Shown here: positions 7,424 to 19,400 of the stretch, piece by piece
Layout: each line of letters begins with the position of its first letter
How positions within the stretch are numbered: the first letter of the stretch is position 1
Source of the DNA: a virus
Virus record (IMG/VR): IMGVR_UViG_3300040971_000196
Coordinates: 1,032 to 65,031 of that record
Length of the DNA stretch: 64,000 nt
Strand: one strand, 5' to 3'
The notes under the pieces: model-generated
The model's database searches: none
The model's input: only the letters and a program-made list of their open reading frames with translations
Told to the model about the DNA's origin: nothing
Program-made: the position numbers and the translations under genes

Positions 7424-10400
7424 TTACCGGTTGTCAACCACATCAAAATACCTCTTGTTGAAGCCCTGATAGATTTTGGCCTGACGCTCATTCAGGGCTT
7501 TGAGCTGTGGCTGAATCTCTGACTCGGAGAGCCCAGACTTGTAGAGGCGCTCTTTTTGCTTATCTATGGTCTTGGCCTGGTTATAGACATTGTTCACCGG
7601 CACGCGCAGGGCCAGGATGTGCTGGTTTGCCTTTCTGAATTCTGCCGCATCGGTCTGCGCCTCTGCGCGAAGCTCGGGTACTCTGGCCATCCCGATATTT
7701 TCCTGCAGCGTCTTCATGGTCCGATTCACGCCATGAATTTCATCGTAGGCGCTCTTGAACTTTGAGCGGTCTTCCCATTGCATCGTGGATACGGCGAACC
7801 TTCGGCCTATCGGAACGTCGTTTTCAGTGAACTCCTTGGCAGAGAACGGCATGGCTATCAGTCCAGTTGTTCTGGACAGAAATTTGCCGACACCGCCGAA
7901 AGTGCTTTCAATCAAGAGGTCCATAGACTCAGGGCTGAAGCTGATCAAGCCTTCCGTTGCCCCAGAGCCGCCGAAGCTGTTCACCCACTGCGCCACAGCC
8001 TTCGAGCTGGCAGAGACGGAGCGCCAGTGTCTGGCCGAATCCGGCTGATCATCATAGGCTGCCTGGGGCATCAGCGGTGTTCCGAACGGAGTTTTTTCAA
8101 AGCCGATATCAACCAGCGGGTCAAACAGGGTCGGCGAGAGCATCCGAACCCAGCCGTGAGATTCGCTAAGGCTCGCTGCAGTTTCGAGCGGATTGAAGTT
8201 GTTCAGCAGCGCACCGAGAATACCCATGGAGGCGGCGCCGGTGCTTTTTCTCCCGAGGACGGACTGGGCCATTTCCTGACCAATCGACCAGAAGAAGGCG
8301 TATCCGTAAGGCAGGGGAATCTTCACTCCCTTCTCCATTCCGGGCAGCATGATGATGAGATTTCCGTTTCGGACCTCATCATTGACCGCGAAGTAAGCCG
8401 GTTCACCATCATCACCGTCGCCGCCCATGAACATGTTCATGACTGCCACGGAGAAAGAGAAGCCAATAATGGCGCCCAGATGCTTGGCGGCACGGCCAGG
8501 ATTGTTCTTCATAGTCCGCAGGATGGTCAGCGAGCCCTGGATGCCTGCGTTGGCGAACATGTAGAGCGTGTTCAGCGCGCCGCCCCACTCGCCCTTACGG
8601 TCAAAGTCAACCGTCGTCTCGCGGGCCAGAAGGGCCGCAGATTCTTTGCTCATGCCCGCCTTGATGCCGGCTGCAAACATGGCCAGGCGCGTGGCATTTT
8701 CAAAGACATCGGAGCTTTTGCGCATGAACTCCTCGACACCGGAAGTAAAGGATGCCGCCTTTTCCTTTATGGATGCTTTTCCTTGGGCAACTCTGATGGC
8801 CGAGTCCAGGCTTTTCACGGTTTCTTCAGGCGTTTCCATGAAGGCCCATTGAATTTTGGCTCCGGTAGACTCGAACAGCTCAATCATCGCATCCAGTTCT
8901 TTCTGAGCTTCCGTGAATCCGGACTTATCCTTGCCGAAGTTGTTGGCGTAGATGACCTTCATCGCCGCAGGCACATTGGACAATACGCTCCGAGCGAATT
9001 CACGGCCGTCAATGCCGCCGACATTTTCCCTGATTGAGAGAGTGTTCAGCGCCGTGCCAATATCCCTGACCATGTTCGGGATGAAGAATTCAGGGTTCAT
9101 GCTGGTGTTCATCTTGATCAGCCAGCGATTGACAGAGCCCATGACCCGCATGGCGCGGCCAACCTGCTTCGGGTTGTTCAACATGTGAAAGCTCTTGGCC
9201 AGCCCCTCGTCAACGATACTCATGTACCGAAGCTCGCCGTTCCGGTAGACAGGGATGAGCCCCATGTCCCGCTCCCATTCTTTGAGGCCGTCGCGGTCAA
9301 GGCCGGCGGGGATTTCGGGCATGGTTTTGAGGCCATTGCGCTCCATGTAGGCCGCGACACCTGTAACATCCACATCAACCATGTCTGCGACCAAGGCCTG
9401 AACTTCTTCCTGAGACAAGTAGACGTGGAATAACTCAGGATTGCCCTTGCCGCGTCTTCCAGCGAAATTGTAGAGTACGTTGTTTGTGCGGTTCACACTG
9501 ATTTCCTGAATGCGCGAGCGCAAACCGGAGAAGGTCAGACCGACAACATCCCGCTCATCTTCCTGCAAGGGCAGGCCAGTGAAGTTGTCTCCGGGCTCCT
9601 TGAACCGGCTGCCGCCAGAGAGCGCGTAGTATTCATCGGATCCTTTTTCGAGGCCAGTGCGGCCGGGGACCGGAACATAGAATTCGTACCCGGCAAGCAT
9701 CTCAGCAGCCTTGGCCGCCGTGATCATTCCGCCATCGCGGGCGATCTCAATGGTCCGCTTATTGACTTCAACCAGGTGCCTGATCGGAGCCATGGCCTTG
9801 CCGCCGTAGGAGCCATCTGCATTTCGAGTGATATTTCCAAGCGCAACATGTTTGTCGAGAAAGGCCTGAGCCTGCTTGTTGGTCAGGCGAGAGGCATGTT
9901 TTCTGAGTTTGTTCCTCTCCAGGGAGTGCAGGGCCTCAGTAATTTCGGCAACATCATGAACGCTGAAACTTTCGCCCTTGAACATATCAGCAAACTGGGC
10001 TGTGAGAACGTCAGCCTTGATGGACAGTGCGCCGATGCGGCTTTTCTGCGTCCTCATTGCCGAGATGAAATCCTGGTCAGGGCCGAGTGTTTCGCCGGAG
10101 CCAACGACAGACCTGTTCAGCATTTCCCAGCGCCGGAGATAATCGGCAAATTTCATGAGCACCTGATCAATCAGGTTGGGCTGATATTGTCCGAACTCAC
10201 CGGGATGTGTCAGATTCTCCCCGGGAATCAGCGATGGAGAAATGAACGAGGACGCTCCGGAGCGGCCAGCGACCTTGCTGCCCTCGAAAGCGTAGTAGAG
10301 CACCTCGCGCATTTCAAAGCCGGTGACGTGAAAGTCGAAGCCGAGCTTCGTCATGATCTTCCGGAACGCGCGAGCCAGCATAGCCGCGATACGATCAAGG

Positions 10401-13400
10401 GCTGTGCCGATATTCTTGTTCACGGTGCGGCCTGCAGCGGCATCGAAGACAACCTGCTCCGCCATGTGCGCCAGAAACTCTTCGGCGTAGTGGATCTGCA
10501 GATCACGCGGGACGCGGGCCATACGATCTTCGCCAAACTGTCTCTTGGCCACCGACACCATGTAATTATCGTATTCAGCTCCGAGCACCTTGCGCAGCCC
10601 GATGTGGCCAACAGCCTCATGGTAGATCGTCTTCGAGAACTCCTGCCAGTCAAAGCCGCCGGTTGAGTTGGCGTGGGCCCCGACAAAAACATGGATGCGA
10701 CCAAGGCGGTCCTTGAAGCCCATGAGGTTCTTGAGCGACTCAGTAGCCTCCATCGACTTCTTGCCCTTCTTGCTGGCCGTTTCCATGAGACTGATAAGAT
10801 CAAGCGGCAGGGCCTCAACCTGACGGTCGGCAGTTTCAAGAAAAGACTGAGCCGTGATGCCTGGATGATGGAAGACAACCGGAACCTGCAGATCACTCAG
10901 GACATTCAGCTCTGAGAGGATAGCGTCGGCCCGCTGCTGAAGCAGGACACGCGACGGTGCCTGGTCAGCGTCAAGAACATAGTTTTTGCCGACCTGACGG
11001 TAACGGAACTTCCCAAGAACCCGGGCCAGCTCATTTTCCTTCAGAGAATGAAGTGCGCGGTGCACAGCACCCACAACCTCCTGGCGCCTGGCCGGAGAGA
11101 TCGTCATGCTCTGCATGGCGTCATCGTGGGTGCGAAGCAAACTCACAACCAGGGCCTCGCCAAAGCTGGTCATGGTCCGCTCACCAAAGTCGATGCCGCC
11201 CTCAGTATCATTGACGACAACGGTCGGTGTGCGGCCGGTGTTCGCCTGCCGGTTGACCTTGATCTTGTATGTGCCAGGGGCAATCTGATTGATCGCCTGC
11301 ATCAGCGCATAGTCAACGCCGGTCATGGTCATTTCCCTGAAAGCCGGGTAGACTTCAGTGTTGGTCAGGCGCTCATTTTCGCTCTGCAGATTGTACTGGG
11401 CAGCGCCATCAACGCTCCTGAAGGACCGGATGTCGTCAATGTTCTGAACAAGGAAGTTTGCGTCCTTGTCCATATGCAACTTGGTCTGCGCCAGGAGGAG
11501 AAGTTGCTTCTCCGGATCAAGCCCTTCGATTTTGATCAGCTCCATGAGGTCAAAAAGGAGCGACTCGGAATCGCTGGAGAACTCGGAGTTGACGAGCTTT
11601 TCGGCTACCGCGCGCTGGGCGGCATTGCCCTTGGACCAATGCAAGAGCACGGCGTCAACGAGGTTTTCGGCCAGGGTACGCTGAAAATCCTTCTCATCCA
11701 GAGTCGTCTGGTTCGGGAAGTCGGCCGCCTTCTCCGTGCGATCCATAAGATGGATGCTATTCAGGTGCGCCTGACGCTCTTCGAGACTATCACCAAGCAT
11801 GCCGGGACCAAGGTCGGCCGGGAGCTGCTCCGTGGCTACAAGCTCCATGAGCATGAAAAGGTCAACGGCGTCCGTGTCGTGCTCAAGGCGACCCTGAGCA
11901 ATGGCGTCGAGATTCAGACCTTCCTTGGTGCGGATGATGCGGGAGAGGCCAGTCTTGGCCAGCATGATAGCCAGGTCGTCGCGGCGGCGATCAAGGTCAG
12001 TGACGGGACGCCCTGTCTTTTTAGCTGCATCCTGACGCTTTTCTTCTCTGCGCGTCCCTTCGCGCCAGAGATTCGCCTGCTCACCTTTGACGTTCCTCAT
12101 CGCCAGCGCATACTCATTCTGGTAGGCAATGAGCACCGGGGCGAGCTGGAGAATATGGCGAGCAAGACCCTTGTCCTTCTTGGACAATTCAGAGAACTTC
12201 TTGATCGACCCGTCCTTGGTGGCCATGGGCAGTTCCTGAGCAACGAGTGCGTAGGCAATCCGCGCCATGTCCGTGGTCATTTTATCGTTTGTCTCATATT
12301 GGAGGTTGGGGAACGAAGAGAGGCCAGACAGAATGTAGGCTGCCAGATCCTCTTGCCCACCCTCAAGCAGGGCACGGATCGTTCTTTTGCCCTTCAAATC
12401 GCCAGTCTTCATCGACTCGGTGGTCGAGAAGGTGATCTTCCCGGTCACGCTGTCCCTGGTGTTAATCAGCGCCTCGGCCTTGGCCTGCATGTGCTTGGGC
12501 AGGGCGGCAAAGTATCCGCTGTTGCCCCAGGCGAGTTTGTCCGGATCCAGTTCATAGTCGAGAACCGTGGACAGAATTCTCTCACGCTGCTGGGCAAGTT
12601 CGCTGGCTTCCTGCGCGGCCTCGCCGACAACAAAGGAGCTGGCCGCGCCGGTGCGGAACTTCGACATCTCGGTTGCCCACTTCAGATTTTTCTCGGCCTT
12701 GGCCAGAGCCTCCTCAGCGGCGGGGATGTGATGGTCGAGCAGCATGTTCAGCCGATCCCGAAGGCGAAGCCATCCGCGAGTAGAACCCTTGAACATCCTT
12801 AGCGGAAACTGTGCCTCCTTCGACAGCCTGTTGCCTTCTGTGTACAGGGCCTGAACTACTGCCTGCGCCGCATCGACCGCGGCCTTGCCCTCCTCAACGG
12901 CGTCCTTACGCATATTGACAGATCGCTTTGTATCGGCCTCCGAAACAACCGTACGGAACGGGAAGAGGATGGCAGAGACAAAGTCTTCGTTGGCCTGCTT
13001 GGCAAGTTCGGAAAGCTGTCCCTTTGAGATCGGGCTGTCACCGCCGCCGTCCTCTACCTCACCAGTTTCCTCTCCATCTTTTTGCGCAGGCATCCATGTT
13101 TCGTTGTCCACCAACTGCTCGGCGTCCATTATCTCCTGGGTATGAAGGCGAAGCTGAGACTCAATATTACCCATGGCAACTTCGCGTATCGCCTCGCTTT
13201 CTTCCTTCGTCACAAGGCCGCGGTCAATGGCAACCCCAAGTGTCTCGATAATGGCATCTTCAAGTTCATCCAGCGCTTTATCCTGGGCCGGAGTATTTGC
13301 GGCAGTACCCTGGACGGCAACCAGTGCCCGTTTGACATTGTCATTCTCAAAGAGAGACAGAGATCGCTCAATGGCCTCGCCTGTCTTTGACGCCATGGAC

Positions 13401-16400
13401 GGCTGATTCGTCACCTCAAGAACAAATGGGTTATCATTCTGGTTGGCCACAACCAGGAACTGCTTGCCGTTTGCGTCAAAGACCTTCTGCGCATAGGCCG
13501 CGCCAACAAGATTTGAATGACGAGACTTCTGAGACACCTCAGACAGAAGCCGCCTGCGTTTCGATGCAAGAAGGCCAGAGTTCATTTCGTACCGACGCAG
13601 GACGTTCATATTGTCACTGACAACATCACCCTTATTGTCCTTTTTGACAACAGAGTGACCGGCAAGCACATCCCAAACCCTCGGAACAACAAAGAGCTGC
13701 TGGGCAGAGAGCTGTTCAATGGTATAGAGCTTCGGATTGCCCTTCTCTCTCATTGTGTCCACACTGATCCGCTTTTCCCCAGCCTTGAAGCTTACGCCGG
13801 TATGGTCGTAATCCTTTACCGCGTGATCAACATCTTTCATCTGCACCAGAGTATAGAGCGGCTCGCCGACCGGACGCTGACGTTCATCGCGGGCAAATTC
13901 GGCGCGGCCGCCAATCATGAAAACAGAGCCAGGATGCTTCTCGCTGTAAAGGATCGCTCCGGGCTGAAGCGACCGTAGTTCCTTGAAGTCTCCATTGACC
14001 GGAGAAAGATTCAGACTTTCGCGCTGTGTGGAGTCAAAGAAGGCGCCTTTGCGCAGATTTTTCTCATATTCCATCTGACCAAAGAATGTCCGGTACTTTT
14101 TACCCTCATCCTGGACATCAGAGAAAACGGCAGCAGCAACCTTGTGGGCCTCAGTATTTTTCTCAAACTCATGAATAGGCTGAAGGTAGTCGTTCAGAAA
14201 TCCGGCAGCGGCCAATTTTTTGCCAAGAGCAGGCGGCATGTTCTGGACGGCAAACTTATTGGCCAGGCCCTTGCCGAATTTCTGCCCAATTCCAAAGAGA
14301 CCCAATAGGATCTCATCAGCGGTCAGGCCAGCATAAAGGTCATCTTTGCCCTTGACCTGAATTAGCTCGTCAATCTTCTTTTGTAGAGCTTTAAGTTCAT
14401 GTGTCTGCACGCCCTCGGCATCAACTTCCATGGTGAAGGAGGGGACAACTGTGCCCACATTGATCGTGAGCTTCCCGCCGTAAACATCATTCAAGCGTTT
14501 CAGGGTATTTCTGATGATGTTCTGACCAACAGCCTCGACCGTCGGCGCACTGTGTTCAAACTTGTCAGCGGAAACCTTGTTGCCCAAGTAGTTGCCGAGG
14601 CCTGGGAAGGCCAGGGTAGTCAGCCGGTCCTGCTCGCCGATAGCGCCAAACTTGGACAGAAGATTCAGGGCCAGGGCGTGCGTGTCCTGCATGCGCTCAA
14701 TGAAATCGGCCACGCTGCCCATGTCCGTGATCGTCTTGGTGACACCGGAGAGGGCAGGACTCATGACTTCGGTACTACGCAGAATTTCAGCCATGCGAAA
14801 CATGTCTTCAAACTTCTGGAGCTCAGTTTCGGTCATACCGCCGCTGTCTTCTCTGTCACCACTGAGGGCTGTCAGAACCTTTTCCGCATCGGCCGGAGTG
14901 ATGCCTCCAGTTGCAGAACTGTCCATTCCGCCAAGAGAGAGCTGCTTGACCCGGTCGTCAAAGGATTCAGCGCGATCCTTGCTCAGGCGGCCGGTATAGG
15001 AGGCCGTGGCCACCATATTCGAGATGAGGTAAAGGAAGAGCTGTTTCGCCTCACCGGGCAGGCGGTTCGCACCTGGCACACTATTCAGCTCGCGGGCCGT
15101 CTCGGCTACAATGTAGTCGAGGCGCTCGCCAACGGAATTGAAGTTTTCGACCTTTGCGCGTCCGACAGACCGCTCGGCGGCGTGCTCAAGAATCATGAGG
15201 CGAGGCGGAGTGCTCACTGCGCGGTCAGACCAGTAGGCCTGCTTGCCCTTGGCCAGGTTGTCCCGAAGTGTGCCGACGTTTTTGACGAATTCCTTCATCT
15301 GCTTGATGTCGTCCTGCAGCCCTTCGGTGAACATATTCCAGTCACGGCCATAAGCGGCTTCGAGCTGGGCGCGGATAGGACCTTCCTTGGACAGAATCAG
15401 TTCAGACACAGCCTTCACGGAGTCCATGACTTCATTCATGTGCTGCTGCCAGACCCTGGCATTCTCATCGCGGGCAGCCTTGAGAGCGGCACGCCGTGTT
15501 TTCCTGGCTTGGACCCGGGCCTTGTCTTTGTCCTCGGCAGAGAGCTTAGAATTCGTCTTGATTTCAGCCAGACGCTGACGATATGCGGCATTGGCCTCGT
15601 TGGCCCTCACGCCATAGCCGGCCGCGCGGTTGTCCCTGGTGGCGGCCTTGGCCGTCATCAGGCTCCAGGCTCCGGAGAGGAACGTCCGCACATCGCCAGA
15701 AAGGATCGCGGCAGTGCTCCCAGATCTCAGCGACTTCTCAAGAGCAGAGCCGGCAGATTTTACATAGGCAGATCCTGAACGCAGAAGTTCATTGAAATTC
15801 TCCGGGGCGGTCGAGGCGACGAGCTGAAGTTTCTTGTGCATGGGTAGTGCCCGGAGGCGAGCGAGGCGTTCTTCTGGCGTCTGCTGAATGAATGTTTTTT
15901 CATCGCGCTTCCTCTCTTTGTACTCCAAGCGCAAGGTAGCCAGCGGCTTACCCATCATCCGCTCTTTGTCTTGATCCCAGTCGGAGTAGAATGTCAGAAA
16001 CTTGTCCAACTCGGCGTCGAACTTTGCAAGCTCCGGAGTATCCAGGGCACTCTTGGGCTCGGAAGATTCCTCTGCTTTTGCAACCGGAGGCTTTGCCTTC
16101 TTCTCGGTCGGCTTGACCTTCGGCAGGGCAACTTCTTCCTTGGAGACAATGGAGAACTGAACTTGGACGTTGTCGAGGGGAAGCTCTTCGCGCTCCGTCC
16201 CCGTGGCGACATCTTCCTTGAAATCGTAGCGGAGTTTCTGTTTCTCATCGAGCTGAATATCGGTGGCCTTACCATACTCCTTCAGTCCACGCAGGCCGTC
16301 TTTGCCGGAGCCGGTGTAAGACTGATACATCTCAGGAGCCCATCCCTCACGCTGGCTCCATTCCTCGGCGGTCATATCGGTAACAGGAACGACGGCATCG

Positions 16401-19400
16401 ACCTTGGCCAGGATGCGCTTGCCGTCTTCCTGAACATAGAAGGTGCTGCCCACAATCTGCTGCAGATCAGCCAGGCCAACCTGCGCCTTGGGCTTGTCGA
16501 ATTCGAGGCCAAACTGATCAGCAACCTGCAGGATGCTTCGGGTTGTACCGGTGCGCTTACCCTCCCACATTGCATCAATGGTGCTGGTGATCGGCTTATC
16601 GCCCGCGAGCAGGTCAGGACGCATGACATTCTTTACCCCATCATGACGGTAATTCATGGGGATACGGGGCATGTCCTTGAGGCCGGTTTTCGCCCTGGAA
16701 AACTTCGTCCCTTCCGGAGCAACCAAGCCCTGCTTCCCAAGGCTCCCCTTCATCTTCGACAGAAGCACGCGGATTTCAGATTCACCAAGATCCATTTCCT
16801 TCAGGCCAAGAGTTTTCCGCACGGCGTTGACGATCTTTTTGAGGACAATGACGGCCTTGTCGTAGAACTTCTCCGTGCCCTTGATATTCCGATCAGCGAG
16901 CAGCTCACCTGCAATGCCTCGGCGGCCAACTTCGGTAGCCAGGTCATAGTCCTTGTCATAGCCGCGCTCGGTGGCCATCTTTTCGATCTCAGAGGTGAAC
17001 GAGGAATAGACCTTATCGAGTGTGCCATTCCATTCATTGACCGCCTCTTCGGCGCCCATCTTCTTTGTCAGCTCAGCTACATGGGCTTCCTCGGCAGGGT
17101 GGATGATTTCATGGCTCATGATATCCGCCATGTGGTCATCATCGCGCACGCGAGCAGCATTCACATGCAGCCGGCCGCCGTGCCAGAAGGCAGGCGCGTT
17201 CTGGCCTTCCTTGGCTTCAATGACTGCGCGAGTTTCCGGAGCCAACTCATCCATGGACTCAAAGACGGTCGAGACTTCGGACAGGCCTGACTTGGCCACA
17301 TGCTCGGAGATACGGTCGCGGCCCAGACCCGGGCCTTCAAAGTCGACAGTGGCGCGGGAGAATTTGGGCTCGTCGGTCTTTCTTTTTTTGAGTATTTCCT
17401 GAATATGAGAACGCTCCCGCTCCATCATCATGCGCAGCTGAGGATCTTCCATTTTAGGAAGCCGTTCATCATAACGCTTGACCATATACTCAAGCTGCTT
17501 TTCTGATTTTTCGGCAAAATCACTTCCAAGCACTTTTGATGCAACGGAGTCTCTGGTTTCCTGCTGTTCTTGCTGATTAAGTAAAGACTGTGCGAGGCTT
17601 GTTTCTTTCCCAGCACTCATTCTTGAAGAACCGGTAGCCATTTTTCTATCAATAGAATTTTCAGCAACATAAGAGTCAAATTCTTTGACAAGAGCCCTGG
17701 TTTCCTGAATTTGCGCCTCGGCCTTAACCCGGTCCGGATGACCTTCAGGCCATTTGTTCTTGTCAATCTGACGATTCAATGAATCAACATCCATCAAATC
17801 TGCTTCAAGAGTTTGCCATAACTCCTGAGCAATCTGCTCTGGCTTATCTCCGCGCTCTATGGCCTTGCCCTTTATGTATTCAAAGTCCTCTCTTTTCAAA
17901 TAAGATGATGGCCCATCTTCAATGACATCTTCTTTTTTGCCAAATCTCTCAGCCAGTTCTTCCGGCGTCCAGTTACGAGCGCCGCCCTCGGCCTGCGCGT
18001 CAACCTCCTGGTCCATGGAAGCCAAATAGTTCGGGTCCTCGGCAGGCTCCTGACCAATTGCTTCCTGGGTAGCAGCGGGATCAATGGTCAATGTCTCGGT
18101 CGCAAGCGGTTCGGTGGCCATAGTGGCCATGGGCTCGGTGATCGGAACCTGTGAGGTTTGGGGAGTTTGGATTGTTGCATCAGGCGTAGGTTTGCGCGCG
18201 GCGATATATTCCTGCAGGGCCATAGCATCCACAGTGCCCTTCTCAAGCTCCTGCATATTGCCGTGACGGATCAGGTTCTTGAGCGCCTTGACGGTGAATG
18301 GTTTACCGCTTGGATTGGGCAAGGCATCGTTGATCTGTTTGGCCGCTTCCTGATAGGACACGCCCGCACTGATGTTGCCCAGATGCTTTGCCAGCTCGGC
18401 GCGTTCGGCGCGATTCGCTTCAAGGGCCGCGGTCACACCGGGCAGACTCTTCTCTTGGCCAAGGGCAATAATGCTTTCCTGACGCTTGATGATGACATCA
18501 AGGTCCCGCGCCCGGGACTCCGGAGTTTCCTGCGTGCCGAAGGCAGCCTTCGCCTTCGAGCCGACCTGTGTAGCCATACCGCCACCAGCACCGCCGATGG
18601 CGCCGGCCAGGCCTGACTCGATCACGCGCTTGAAGTTCTCCTGACTGACCATCTCAAAGTCAGGGTCGGCGAAGTTGACGTTGGACATGGACAGAATTTC
18701 CTGCGCGGCCTCCTGCCCAAATTCGGCCGGGGCCTGCTTGACGGCTTCGACCATCAGGTCGCGCATCATGTTCAGCGCCTTCCCACGCAGGCCGGGATTG
18801 GCCCGGGCATGGGTCGCCGCCTTGACCAGCTCCTTGGCTGTCTTGCCGCCAACGTCGCCCAAAAACATATCAAGCAGACGGATATTACCGCCGAAAATTT
18901 CAACCATGCCTGCAGCGAGGCCAGTGGACATGGCGAATGTCGCGCTGGTTTCTTCCGTGGCTTTCAAAAGCGCATCTTCATGGCTCATACCTTCCGCCAT
19001 GAATTTGTCACGCATGTGATTGACAGTGTCGGAGAATGCACCCGTTGTTTCAAGGGCGGCCGTGCCCATGATTGTACCGACGCGGGAGCCGACATACTTT
19101 TGCGCGGCAACCTGAGCTACTTTGCGGGACGCCTCGGTTCCAGCCAGGGTTGCGGCCTCGACGGCCACGCCAGATCTGACCGCGGCCTCGGTAGCCTCCT
19201 TGGCGACATTGGTGAAGATGCCCTTGTTCATCATGCGCTCGGCCTGATTCTTGACGAAGTAGCCGACTGCCTTGTCCACGGCCTTCTTGCCAGCCAACTC
19301 AGCCAGCTTGCCGCCGACGCCGCCAGAAATGAGGCTGACGGCCATGGATGGAACAAGGTTGCCGAATGTGCCGGCAATGGCGTCGTAATAATCGCCAGGA